A stretch of 64,000 nt of DNA, from NCBI RefSeq assembly GCF_009914755.1, contig NC_060938.1; one strand, written 5' to 3'. Below the pieces are notes generated by a model, which ran no database searches, had not been told where the DNA came from, and worked only from the letters and a program-made list of their open reading frames with translations. The stretch's first letter is position 1. Each line of letters begins with the position of its first letter. The DNA comes from the human T2T-CHM13v2.0 reference genome, Homo sapiens. Positions 1 through 15,660 of this stretch are shown here, one piece after another. The position numbers and the translations under genes were made by a program.

Positions 1-1234
1 GCCGAGTGACTGGGATACATTTGTAACAACGTAGAAAAGGTGAAAAACAACAAATTCTATATACAGGTGATTGATGATTTAAAATATCAAAATAAACTTT
101 AAAAGTCCTTTATACCATTGAAAACATACACTTTACAAAAGCACTATACCATGTAATTCAGATTCTGAGACCTGTACACACTTAAAAGCAGAAAGTGTTT
201 GCAGTACTACTTATAACAGCATCACCTAAAACACCAGTCTTCAACCAACAGGTGATAAATGGCAGCACAAATAAATTATCTAAAATATATTCTCCCTTAA
301 ATTTGTTTTATAAAAATCCTGCCTAGGGCTGAAATTCATCAACTTCTGAAAAATAAGAATTTGGAAAATCTCACTTTCAAATGTCCAAGAAGAAATCTCA
401 TAACCATGGCTCAGTGGCTTCCTTTGGTGACAAAAACAGGGTAAATCAATGTTATAGTTCATCAATATCACAAAATGGATTGTAGGTTGCATTTGCCAGG
501 CCTTTCACAGTGTCCTGGGGTTTATTTTCCTCTTATGGGTTTTTCTTTATTTTATCATTTATGATCATTTATTATAATAATGGTTTGGTGGTTTCTCCCA
601 CATATTTTCAGAGCATCTTAGGCAAGCTCCTTTACCTCTCTGAGCCTTAGTTTCATCATTAGTAATATAAAAATGGAAACATCTACCACTCAGATCTTCC
701 TTCTTGGGACTTGAGTGTAATTTATCTTCTAAAACATGGAGTCTCTCTTCCCCACACACCTGGGAATTTACTACAGTTTCATGGCAATTATTTTTTCATG
801 ATTCATCTTCAGGTTTACAGCTTATCATGGATTTTTTTTCACCATGTCTCCTTAAAAGATACAAATGGATCTACCATTTCCTCTGTCTTGTTTTCCTGCA
901 TTTCCTGCTTTTCATGCCTAGAAACAGAAAGATTACACTCACATGATGAACATCCATACTAACAACATCCCATAAAATGTTACCAATCTGAAAATTTCTG
1001 ATCTTGACTGTCACTCCATCTTCACTTTAAAAAAAAATTGTTTTTAAAGGAAAATTGCCATAAGATTTTAATTCACCTCCATCAACATCCATCCCTCTAC
1101 CCCTACCCCTCGCCTCCCATCAACTGCTCCTACCTAACTTGTGGTCTATGGGAAACACCCTTGACTTGCAGTCTGCATGCCTGGTTCAAGCTCTGATTCT
1201 ACTCCTTAAGAGCTTCAGAAAAATCTCCTTAACT

Positions 1235-1540
1235 GGCTGGGCGTGGTGGCTCACACCTGTAATCCCAGCACTATGGGAGGCCGAGGCGGGTGGATCACGA
1301 GGTCAGGAGTTCGAGACCAGCCTGGCCAACATGGTGAAACCTCGTCTCTACTAAAAATACAAAAACTAGCCAGGCGTGGTGGTGGGCACCTGTAATCTCA
1401 GCTACTCAGGAGGCTGAGGCAGGAGAATTGCTAGAAACTGGGAGGGGGAGGTTGCAGTGAGCCAAGATTGCACTACTGCACTCCAGCCTGGGAGACAGAG
1501 TGAGACTCTGTCTCAAAAAAAAAAAGAAAGAAAGAAAGAC
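1235..1540 (+). mobile_element. AluS (Sg/Sx-like)
   Basis: Full dimer, A/GAAA tail, near-perfect TSD agaaaaatc(t/c)c(c/t)ttaac. Confidence 0.95.
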
Positions 1541-1745
1541 AGAAAAATCCCTTTAACCAGGGGTTCCCAAGCAGGTTCACTATCAGCATCATCTGGGCAG
1601 CTTTTTAACTGTTAAAGCAGAATCTTGGAGGGGGTAGCGGAGGGGAGGAGAGTGAAGCACACAAAAAAATACAAGGGTCTCTTTTATGAAAAGCTCTGCT
1701 AGATGATGCAAATGAAGACTCTAGTTTGTGACCTATGTGCTGTAA

Positions 1746-2028
<283 letters not shown>

Positions 2029-3039
2029 CCCATGTGCCACAACCTCTTGGTTTTGTTCCTAGCTTGTAAAATACTGAGTCTATTTTATAATGATATTGTG
2101 AAAACTAAACAATGTATAGGAAAGGGCTTTATAAATGGGAAACTGAATATAATACAAGGTAGTATGAATCAATACTTTTGTAAACTTTAGAGTAAAATAA
2201 ACTTATTATCAATCATTTCTGCAGCAACCATCACACACAGGATGTGATATAAACATATCAATACTGACTATCTTCTGAAATGCTCATAGTATAAACTCTC
2301 TGAGTATACCAGAACACAATTTTAAAAACACATAAAGGAGTTTTAAAACTGAAAGACAAAATGTTTTCACAAGACTTTAGAATAACAAACATCTAAATAA
2401 TTTCACTCTTTCTGACTTCTTGAATTACATTAAGACTTTATTGTGGGAATCTGCTTCTCAAAGTCCCAGTCTTCTAGGAAACCAGAGAAACACTGGAAGA
2501 CTTTGAAGCCAAACTAAAGAAAAGAAATGGATGTGCAAATATTGGTATTGGTCTGTCTCCTTCCCATACCTAAGTTGTTTCCTGGAACCATAGTAATTGA
2601 GATGCTAAGGGAGGTTTACTAACTCAGTTCCCATTTTGTGCAATTTATATTGCAGGGAATAAACTGTACTCTAATAGTCTGGAAAAATTATTTCAGGAAA
2701 TGACTTTGGCCCTAGAGAGTATCTGATTCATTGTAATTTCCAGGATAAAACATTCACCTACAATTTTTAATCCCCCAGAGGGCTTAATCTACTTATGTTA
2801 ATGCAAGCAAAGGGGCTGGTAGAAAGGGACTCTTACTCTAAAATGATTATAATTATCATTTTAGGGAGACCATGTGTTTAAGGTAATCTATCATAGATGT
2901 TTAATTCTCCTCTTTCATCAAAATAGAAACACTTGAAGTTTACTTTTTTACTCTTGGGAATGGGTGGGGAATAACTGAATAGGCTTGTAACCCTAAATCA
3001 TAACCTACAATTCAGAGTTCAAGCTCACTAGTTCAACAA

Positions 3040-3512
3040 CACTTTGCTGTATCTGGCTCCTGTTCCTCTCTGGCCTCCTGCATGTCTTTTCTTCAAACAC
3101 TCTTCACTCCAAATGGAACTAGTGCTCTTGTTTCTGCATGCACCAGGCTGTTTGAGGTCTCCATGTCATCACCCAGGCTCTTTCCTCTCCCTGGAAATTG
3201 CTTTAGTAAATTCTACCTATACTCCAAAATTCAGCTCAAGCATCCTTTCCCCAGGAAGGTTTTCTGGCCCCCAGACTAATTTAGCTGCTCCTCCTCCAGG
3301 ATTCCCCACAATCCCGGGCCACCCTTTGCCTCAGCACTTATAACAACAGGCAAAAGTGATTTCCATGTCTCTCCCACACACTAGATGCTAAGGTCCTGCG
3401 GGTAATGGTCCATTCCTTATATGACTTTATGTTCACAGCACTTAGCTCAGGGCTGGCACTTAATAGGCATCACAGATGTTGGTTGGTTGAAGGAATGAAT
3501 GTAAATGAATGA
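3040..3512 (+). mobile_element. L2 LINE 3' end
   Basis: 'cagcacttagctcagggctggcacttaataggc...gaatgaatg' terminal signature. Confidence 0.75.
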
Positions 3513-4289
3513 AAGATGTGATCTAAAGATGTGTGGCATGAAATCTCAGAGAATCAATTATGCCACTTGCCTATACTGCAATAACTGCATATTTTCTAAT
3601 TTTTCGAGTAGCCAGATTTTTTTTCTTTTAAGTGGGAAAAGCTGAACTCAACTTCTCTGGTAAACAAGTAGGCAATACAGGGAGTCACTTTGGGTGATCG
3701 TCCTTGTTCTTCGAAGAGTCATTTGAATTGCTGTTATAGGTTAAGCAAATGTAAGCCAAGATCCTCTGCTTATAGAAAAGGTTATATACCCTTTTCTAAT
3801 GCCCTTTGGTATTCACAATTCCAAGAAGGGGTGAAGTGATTTGGACAAGGATCCCTCGGCTTTGGGACAACTTCTCAGTGGGCCAGAGTGTCCCTGAACA
3901 ATGCTCAGGGGCAGGGAAGGACAAGGGGCTCCCTAAAATAAACCTTGAGGGTAGAAAGGTACTAGAATTGTTAAATGGACCCAGCACTGAGCTGATTGAG
4001 AAGAGCAACAGCAACCCCAAGTCAAGAGATGGCAGATGCTGGAACTACTTTAACCCAGATTCAGGGCACATTTGCACTCTGGGGAAGTGGCTATGTGTGA
4101 ACCAAAGTTGCTGGTGCCTAACAGCTGTAACATTTGAGGACCCAGGCCTCCTTTTGCCATGGAGCTTCTCAATGGAGAACTTCTAGATCATCCTTACCGC
4201 TATTACTGGGGTGTATCTTCAAACCAGCACCAAGAACAAGGCAGAATACTCATGGCCCATCCCCTTATCTTCCATTTTCCCTCCTGTGT

Positions 4290-4768
4290 CAGAGGCTGTG
4301 GATTTGTTACAGCATTTTCCATTGCTGCTTTCCGGTATAGAGGTTGGAAAACCAAATACAGGATTTACTTCCCAGCTCTTTTGCAGGTGGGAGTGGCTAT
4401 ATGGCCCAGCTCTGACCCAAGCGTGATACACAAGCAGAATCTCCCAGGCGACTTTGGATTAAGCCTTTGTTCTTTTTATAAAATGGAGGTATCAGGCACC
4501 CACCTCTCTCTTTCTTCCTGCCTTAAATACATGTCAGATGCTTGAGCTTCAGCAAGCATCTTGCAGAAGAGAGGAAACAAGCCATTACATTATGAGCGAA
4601 GCAAAGAGACAGAACCTAGGACATTGCTACCACCATGAAGCTGCTATATCTGGTGACTACTTATGTAAATAAAGTAAAATATTTCACTTAAGTAAAATGA
4701 AACCCAATATGTTAAGTTACTGTTAGATTATCTGTTACATACAGTTAAAGGATTCTGAACTGACACAA
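4290..4768. mobile_element. Old MaLR LTR (MLT1 family)
   Basis: 'cttcccagctcttttgcaggtgggagtggctatatg' and terminal 'ctgttacatacag...aactgacaca' motifs. Confidence 0.6.
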
Positions 4769-6689
4769 TTTTCATACCTGCAGTCATATGTATCAGACAC
4801 TAGTAGCCACAAGTGATATTTAGACACATTGGACAGGGGTTATCCATTAGCAGGAAATCTGGTGGACTGTTACTCAGTACAGAATGGTGCTCTCGAGCAC
4901 TGCACTCCAGGACACCAAGGGGATGTTGTGTTCAGCCAAACAAAAAACACTCTAGGTATAATTATGTTAACTTTTAAGTTGAGATTTGAAGAACAAAATT
5001 CCAGTCAAAAAAGCAACTATTGACTACATTAATGATCAAATGGGACAGATTTTTCTACCCCCTTTTGATTTCTTCCCCCTTTTGATTTCAGCGTAAGCAC
5101 TGAATATGGATGAAATATTTAATACCACAAAGTGAAAGAAAAACTGTTAATGCTGGATATGAAAATAAATAAGTTAAATTTAAAAATATATTCTAATGGT
5201 ATCTTTACTTGATCTTAGTTGAAAAGGTGAAGGGACAATTGACTAACCTAAGTATCTTTGAATCCTAAAAATAAGAAGTAAAATATTCAGAAGGTCAAAC
5301 GGAAGCCAAATTGTTAATGGTAGTTACCACGTCTCCATAATTGGAGTTGGAGGGAAGTGGGACCAGGTATTGCTTTTTGTGTTTGTTTATTTCTATATTG
5401 TTTTATTATGAGAATGTATTACTTTATTTTGTGAATAGGACAAAATTTCTAGTAAATAAACCAATCTTTAAGATGACATATATCCAATGCTTACTAGGCA
5501 TACTCCCATTTAACCCTCAATACCATGTGGTAAGCAATATTTTCACCACTGAGGAAACAAAAATGTAAGATTTTAAGTAACTTTACAATATCACACAGCT
5601 GATAATTGGAAGAGTCAGGTCCAAAGATTCTTCAGCACAGATCCAAAGCCCATTCTCTCACCAATGTGCTATACTGGTTATATCTCCCAGATGTTTCTGG
5701 ATATGGAGGTATTCTCAATTCTGTTTACCAGACATGAGAGTTTCTTTGAATGCTACTTTTGTTAGACAGTTTTTAAGAAAACTGTTCTCCAATAGCTTTT
5801 TCTCTCAGACTTTAAGTATCTTTAGAAACAGGAATAACCCTACCTTCTTACAATGTTTAAATGGGGACTTACTCACTGTTCACATTTGTCAAGACCATCT
5901 GGGGCTGGTGTGACCTTAGAGTCCTCTCCTGGTAACTTTGGAGAAGTGATTTAGATGCAATAGTCACTCTCAGTACAATAAACCAGACATTCTGAAGGAG
6001 TTTCATGGCACAAAGAACTGGGTAGCTGGTTAGGTTGTATCTCTAATAAGAAAACAAGTTTAAATGTGAGGAAAATTAATTCTTCAAAAATAGCCTTCAT
6101 AACTATATAAAATATCCACCTGAGAAACAGAAAATCCAGACTGCATTTAATGTCAGAGGAAATGAGTGCTTTATTTGATTAAAATACTGACGTGCAATTT
6201 TGCCCACTATAAGTCAAGAAGCTGGTCTGGAATATTTCACAAGACTCCAGATTCTGCATCTGTTTTTTTATAGCTCTCGAGGCCTATGTAAGGACTTGAC
6301 CCTGGGTTATCCAAACTAAATCTTGGATAGGCTTCCACTAATAAAACTTAGTAAAAGAAAAAGGCTTATTTTAAGAGAATGTGAAATTACAGCCTACAAC
6401 CATAAAGTGTTAAGAATATTAACTCTAAGGGAAGAGATGATTGGTCTGATTATTCAATAATCTAGTCATAGGCCATTTTAGTATTATTTTATGTATTTTA
6501 TATATATTTTAAAATGTCAGTGCAGAAGGATGTTATGGACAGGAAGTGCTTTACATGGTATCCCACCAAATGGATGTGAAGGAGACTCAGGTTGAATTCC
6601 AAATTTTTCCATTCATAAGCTATAGGATGCCTAGATTTTTACCTCAAGCTCAGGTTTGCATACCCAACTCCTTAACTCTATATCTCTAG

Positions 6690-9200
<2,511 letters not shown>

Positions 9201-9500
9201 TGGCAAAGCTGAAGTTTGGGGCTAGGGACATTTGCCAGGGTATGGGACAGACACCCACCCACACCCACACTCCATGCACCTCCTGGGCCAGGCTGGACCG
9301 GTTCTGGCCCCAGGGTGGACTTGGAAATCTCACCACAGGCACCTTACAGAGGTGGGTGTGGGGAGACTACTCTTGCTCACCTGAGGCACAAGCGGTTCAT
9401 GGGTTCCTGGGAAGATTTAGAGCTTTCTACACAACGAAATCCCTCCTTCGTCATCTTCAGGCCAACGGAGACACTTGGCAGCTAAAGAAAGTTGACCGTG

Positions 9501-10140
9501 TTTTTATTTTTATATTTATTTTTTGTTTTTCATTTTAAACAAGAAGTTTATTTAAACAACCCCATGCTTGGCTTCAAGGGAAAACTCTCCAGGATTTTTT
9601 AAGAGTCATTCATCCCTACTTAGACAGATTGCCCTACATGTTGACAGCTAGTATAAAGAAGTTATAAAATGTACTTGGATTTAAATAAGTGAAAAAGATT
9701 AAAATTCTCCAGCCTATCAATGTATTTAAGAATTTTTCTGTTGTTGTTCTTTCTTTGTGTTTGTTTTTAGTAAAACAGAGCAAAATGCCAGGCGCGGTGG
9801 CTCACTCCTGTAATCCCAGCACTTTGGGAGGCCGAGGCGGGCGGATCACGAGGTCAAGAATTCAAGACCAGCCTGGCCAACATGGTGAAACCCCATCTCT
9901 ACTAAAAATACAAAAATTAGCTGGGCATGGTGGCAGGTGCCTGTAATCCCAGCTACTCAGGAGGCTGAGGCAGGAGAATCACTTGAAATCAGAAGGCGAA
10001 GGTTGCAGTGAGCCAAGACTGTGCCACTGCACTCCAGCCTGGGTGAAAGAGCAGAACTCCATCTCAAAAAAAAAAAAAAAAAAAAGAGCAAAATAACTTA
10101 CTAAAATATAAAATATAAAGATGAGAGCTGAGTAAGTCAG
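9501..10140 (-). pseudogene. 5'-truncated processed retrocopy of an mRNA 3'UTR (resembles the distal HNRNPA3 3'UTR as recalled), split by an Alu
   Basis: Minus strand ends AATAAACTTCTTGTTTAAAATG plus a decayed A tail (9501-9530). Parent assignment is from memory only. Confidence 0.55.
9787..10085 (+). mobile_element. AluSg-like
   Basis: Full dimer, A tail, TSD agagcaaaat. Confidence 0.95.
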
Positions 10141-10374
10141 CTCACATGGACAATTGCTTTAGGAAAAAATACTTGAAGTACATCCTTTAATTCTCTGGTT
10201 TCTTGCTTTTACTTAGATTTTGGCCCAGCAGTTTTTTGGTCTCTTGTCAGTCAGCCCCTCAATCCTTTGAATAAAGAATTTTAAAATTTATCTAGCATTC
10301 TAAATTGTTTTAAGTAACGGAGTTGATCACAAAAAACCTGAAAGCTTGCTCCCTTATTTCCTTTTTAGTTTTAA

Positions 10375-11360
10375 GTTTACCTTATCAGTGAGGCCTTCCT
10401 TATCCACACTTTATTTTTAAAATCTCCTATACCCCTCCCTACCCTCCTTTGTCTTATTTTTTTCACAGCCATTATCATCTGTGTATCAACTGTATATTTA
10501 CTTGTTTATTTTCCATCTCACCTGCACTAGAATGTAAGTTCCATGAAGAAAGGGGCTGTTTTATTCTCATTGCCAAAAACAGTGCCTGGCAGACAATAAA
10601 CAATATTTGTTGAATCAATGAAGAAAAGCTCTCCACTGAGCTCCATACTGAAGTATCCTACTGTCAACTTGAAATCAAATAGGTTTTTCACTCTTAGACA
10701 CAATAAAACTTTTGATTTTCTGTCCACCCCCAACACCATCCCAGCTTTCCTATTCCTCATTTCAGTAAATAGCACCACGTTCTTTCAGTTACTAAATCAG
10801 AAACTTGAGTCATTTGTAGTTCTTCCTTTTCCCTCAAAACCTAGATCCAATTCATCAGCAAGGTCTATAGGTCAAACCTCCAAAATACAGCTCAAATCCA
10901 TCCTCAATTCTCCATCTCTATGACCACTCCTTGTGGCAACCAGAATATTCTTCTGAAGTTTTGCATCCCATATTTCTCCCCTGCTTCTTGGTGCACTTGA
11001 AATAAATTCTTTACCATCCATGTCTTCCAAAACCCTGCGTAATGCTGCCTCTTCCTAGCTCTCCAGCCTCATCTCTATTGCCCCCCTTGCCCATTAGACT
11101 CCAGCCACATTGGTTGTATTCCATTCTTCACATAAGCCAAAATCTTTCCGGAGTCTTCCAGATGCTATTCCTCTATCCAGAATGCTCTTTATTCTCATCT
11201 AGGGTGGCTATCTCATCCTTTTAAGTCTTAGCTCAAATATCACCTCATTATGGAGGACTCACCTCACCACTGTACTTAAGTAGGTGGTCCTCTAATCATA
11301 ATCATTCTCTATCACTTCCCTCTACATCTTCATTGCATTATTGCAATTTGAATTATATAC
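10375..11360 (+). mobile_element. Two L2 fragments
   Basis: 'ctagaatgtaagttccatgaag...agtgcctggcagac...tatttgttgaatcaatgaa' and 'ctcaaatatcacctc'. Confidence 0.75.
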
Positions 11361-11821
11361 TTATCAGTTTGGGGAATTCTTGAACAGGAGAGATTTTCTG
11401 TACTTCTAGTGAGAGTGGATCTCTGCTTGGTATTGGCACAGGATCCTGGGCCCACAAGATTTTCTGCCTTTCTCAAGGGCAAAAGATTACTGTTTTTACA
11501 TGTCCTTCAAGAGCAGTGGATCTCTGCCTGGGCCATTAGGGCAGGAAGGTTTGCCATCTCTCCCCCAGTGGCTTTGCTTTGTACAAGAGAAAGGTCTGAG
11601 GAAGTGGGCAGTGTTTCACGCCTGTCAGCCCATCATTTCATGCATGCCTGTGTCACTGAGGGGTCTCTTCTCACCAGTCTCTTGCCCCAGTCTTTCTCAT
11701 TAGCATGCAGTTGAGGCTTGTGGAAAGTGATTGTGAACCTCTGTCATGTCAAGGGACCTATTTAAACTGATATTGATTACACAGTTGGCCTTTAAAGAAT
11801 TCCTTAACATTTAATGATTTC

Positions 11822-12245
11822 TGTCAGTAGACAATTCTCCATGGGTCTCTCACATTTTTGCATGATTGCATGGAAAGGTACTGCCTGCCTTTCTTCTGGA
11901 CTACCTTTTCAAGGATATTTATATAAAGAACAGCCTGGAAAGACCAATAGAGATATCATCTCCCTAGAGAGTATCTCCCTCTAGAAGGACAAGTTTGATT
12001 ACTGTCCAGTATAATAAAGATCTATTCCTCCAGAGCAAAGGGCATGCATGCTAAATATCCATTATAACATATTTGGGCTCCCTAAACTCAGGGTTCTTTC
12101 TGTTATGCAATCCACTCTGTGTGCAGGTATCACCTGGACCTCTTCTGATAACACTGTGGGGATGCTGACACTCCGACTAATGCTACTGGTGTAATAAAGT
12201 CCTTTGTTTCCAATTCAGGAATCTGAGGCAAACTAACTTGCAAGG
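11822..12245 (+). mobile_element. ERVL solo LTR, MER76-like
   Basis: Starts 'tgtcagtagacaattctccatgggtctctc'; internal 'agagcaaagggca' and 'aataaagtcctttgt'. Confidence 0.7.
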
Positions 12246-12939
12246 AGTGCTTCTAAATTCTTTATAATTTATTCTCACTTGCTTTAATGGCAGCCTCCTA
12301 TTCTCTGATGAAGGCAAAACAGTTCACATATCCTGTTTCTCTTTGAAGGGGACTTGTCACTCTTTGAAATTCAGTTCCTTTGGCTACTTTCTCTGAAGGA
12401 TATAAGAAAATTGATAAATTTTTGTTGTTAGGATAGGAGTAACATTGTCTTGCAGTTTTCTACGTCTTAGGTGGAAGTGAAAATCCTAAGGTGTATCTAC
12501 TCGATTACTTTTTATTACTGAAATAGACACTGATTTGCAAACTCTTATTGTTCACCTTACACATATTTAATTACTTTTTAAAGAAGCATAGGCATAAGTG
12601 AGGAACTCTAGGAATTTTGAAAAACAGCTCGTGAAACATTTCATCACAAGGGCTGGAAACAATGGACCAAGGATATTTACATTCTAGCACAGGTGAGGCA
12701 GGAGAGGGTGAAATAATATGACTCATGAGACATGAAATGTTATACAAAATGTAAATATGCACTGGCGACCAACCCTACTAGAGGACCAGGAGAATATACA
12801 GGAAAGCTATAACCACTCAGGGTAGAGAGAGGGCTTTTGGAGCTCTCAAAAATGGGTAAGAGGTAGCAGAAAGACCTGAAAAGGATACAGAGGATGGTAG
12901 AAGAACAGCAAGCAGTGTCTTGAGGATTCATGGTTTTTC

Positions 12940-13615
<676 letters not shown>

Positions 13616-13687
13616 GAGGGAGAGTGGTCCGAGAGGGCACAGTGGAGACTAAAGGAGGCTTGTGAAGGTATTCTGAAACCCAGACAC

Positions 13688-13693
13688 TTTATT
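13688..13693 (-). terminator. Polyadenylation signal AATAAA (a second candidate lies at 13816-13821)
   Basis: tttatt on the plus strand at the distal end of the unique 3'UTR sequence. Confidence 0.7.
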
Positions 13694-14645
13694 TAAAATT
13701 ATGACAAACATTAATGACTGTCAAAATTGCTGACAAAGGTACAATGACTAAGCAATTTCATGTTTCTATGTGCTGGTACTTAATTAGCATTTTCTAATAA
13801 TTAGGCTAATGATGTTTTATTACTACAACCTATATTTAGAGTTCACTCTCATTGTTCCCATATTAGAAATAAAAGCAAATGAAAATGAGTTTAATCAGGC
13901 ATCACATGCTACAGGAAAAAAAATTGAGGAGAGGGTGCTGAGAGTAGCAACGGGTCTATGTTATAAGGAAATATATGCACTTACTGAGTTTTAGCTGTTA
14001 GATTCCTTAAATTTCAGTTATAAAAATCAGTTGTATCAGGCAAACCATATGTGAAGAAAATTTAAAGAACAAGATATCAAGTAGATATTAAAAAGAAAAA
14101 TACAGTAGAGCACCAAATAGAATATTCTCAACAAATGTCTCAAAAAATGCACAGAGCAAAAATGAGACAAACAACTGCTACAAACAGATCAGTCTAACAG
14201 CTAAGTGATTTGGAATGAAAATTAACTCTTTGGCTAATCTTTCCCTCCCTCACAGAATGAGGCCGTGTGGCTCAGGGAGATCAACTGATTTGTCTGAAGC
14301 TTGCAAGGGTAGATTTCAGAGACGCTTCAGATGAGGGAGCCTCTCTTTCCATGAGGAGATGGCAGAATGCTGAATCCCTGTTCAATCTGAAATTTAGCCA
14401 TATAACTTGTAGAAATAAGAGGAGGTTTTAAGACTCACTTAAAATATAAATATCATTCTGAGTCCTCTTCTAGGGTTATCCCATCACTTTCTGAAAATAT
14501 TAGAAAAGATCAAGTTGTATCCAGGTAATAATCAGGATAAGACCATCTAATACATATCTTTAATAGCCAAAATTTTTTCAAACATGATACGTGAGCAGAA
14601 CCAGGAAATTCTGGAAACCTAGTCTGCCACAGGTTACTTTTAACA

Positions 14646-14836
14646 CAAGGTTACTCAGCCTTGGCACGACTACCATTTCGGGCAGGATAATTCTTTGTTG
14701 TGGGGCGCTGTCCAATGCAGGTTATTTAGCAGGATCCCTGGCCTCTACTCACTAAATGTCAATAACTGCCCTAGTCATGACATCAAAAATGTCTCCCGAC
14801 AATTGCTAAATATCCCCTGAGGTTGACAAACGCTGA
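14646..14836. mobile_element. MER20 (hAT-Charlie) inside the TXNDC16 3'UTR
   Basis: 'ggataattctttgttgtgggg...ccctggcctctactcacta...aaaaatgtctcc'. Confidence 0.8.
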
Positions 14837-14982
14837 TTTTAATATCATGACTCCAATAAAACAAATATAACTGTCAGCTGCATGAATGCACTGTGGAGTT
14901 AACTGTGATTAGAGTTTAATTTTAATCCAAATAGAAATCATGGCTAGAACTAAGTTAATTATGCTAGTTTTTGTCTAGTACT

Positions 14983-15282
14983 GAACTGTCCAATACAGTA
15001 GTCACAGGCCACATGTGGCAAGGAACACTTGAAATATGGCTACTCGGAAGTAAGAAATGCAGTAAGTATAAAATATGTACTGCATTTAGAAGACTTGGTA
15101 CAAAAAAGGATGTAAAATATCTCATTAATAATTTCTATATTTCGCTATTTTGGGTATACTACTGGGTGAAAAGTAATATCAAAATTATTTTGCCCTGCTC
15201 ACTTTTACTTTGTTTAATGTAGTTACTAGAAAATTTTAAATAAAATATGTGACTTATATTATAATTCTATTGGATGGCACTA
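14983..15282. mobile_element. MER33/MER3-type hAT element inside the TXNDC16 3'UTR
   Basis: Ends 'ctgtccaatacag' and 'ctattggatggcac'; internal 'ccacatgtggc...cacttgaaat' and 'gtaaaatatctcattaataatt'. Confidence 0.75.
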
Positions 15283-15376
15283 GTCTGCAAACTTGAAATG
15301 ATTTAATATTATTCTTTAAGGAAATAAATTAAGTCTATCATGCCAAAAAAATTTTGGAAACCACAGCCCTATAAAA

Positions 15377-15660
15377 TTAGTTCACTTTTGAGCATCCTAA
15401 CTCTTTATCACGTCTAAATGATTTTTCTGCTTCTTTAAACCAATTACTTCTATTCCAATGCTTTATTCTCAGAGTTTCAATCGGTTCTTTTCTGACTGCC
15501 GATTTATCTTCATGTTGTTCCTTATCATTCTCCTGCACATCTGTTTCTTTCATACACTTGGGAACTTTCCTAGTGCCACGTTGAGATGTTGCGGCATCTA
15601 TCATACTTAGAAAATCATAAGCTGGAAGAGGAGGTTTCCATTCTTGAGCAGGTAAAATTG
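15377..15660 (-). CDS. TXNDC16: TXNDC16 terminal exon, coding part: (T)ILPAQEWKPPLPAYDFLSMIDAATSQ...RRDKELGCSKVN*
   Basis: tcttccttccag| acceptor, in frame with the previous exon, TAA at 15377-15379; overlaps ORF 15377..15604(-). Confidence 0.96.

Larger units (their letters stand above)
13665..15376 (-). other. TXNDC16: TXNDC16 3'UTR (~1.7 kb; end approximate)
   Basis: Follows the stop codon; AU-rich; ends shortly after AATAAA, just before MaLR/Alu repeats resume. Confidence 0.7.

Noticed and set aside
330-1070. Possible ancient LINE (RTE/L4-like endonuclease) or pseudogene remnant on the minus strand
   Set aside because: Only a vague peptide resemblance across frameshifts; cannot be supported without an HMM search
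3796-4545. Overlapping 126-128 aa ORFs
   Set aside because: No recognisable family, non-ATG or weak starts, and partly in MaLR sequence
5058-5089. Short tandem duplication cccccttttgatttc x2 (a similar one lies at ~39039-39071)
   Set aside because: Ordinary slippage duplications with no sign of function
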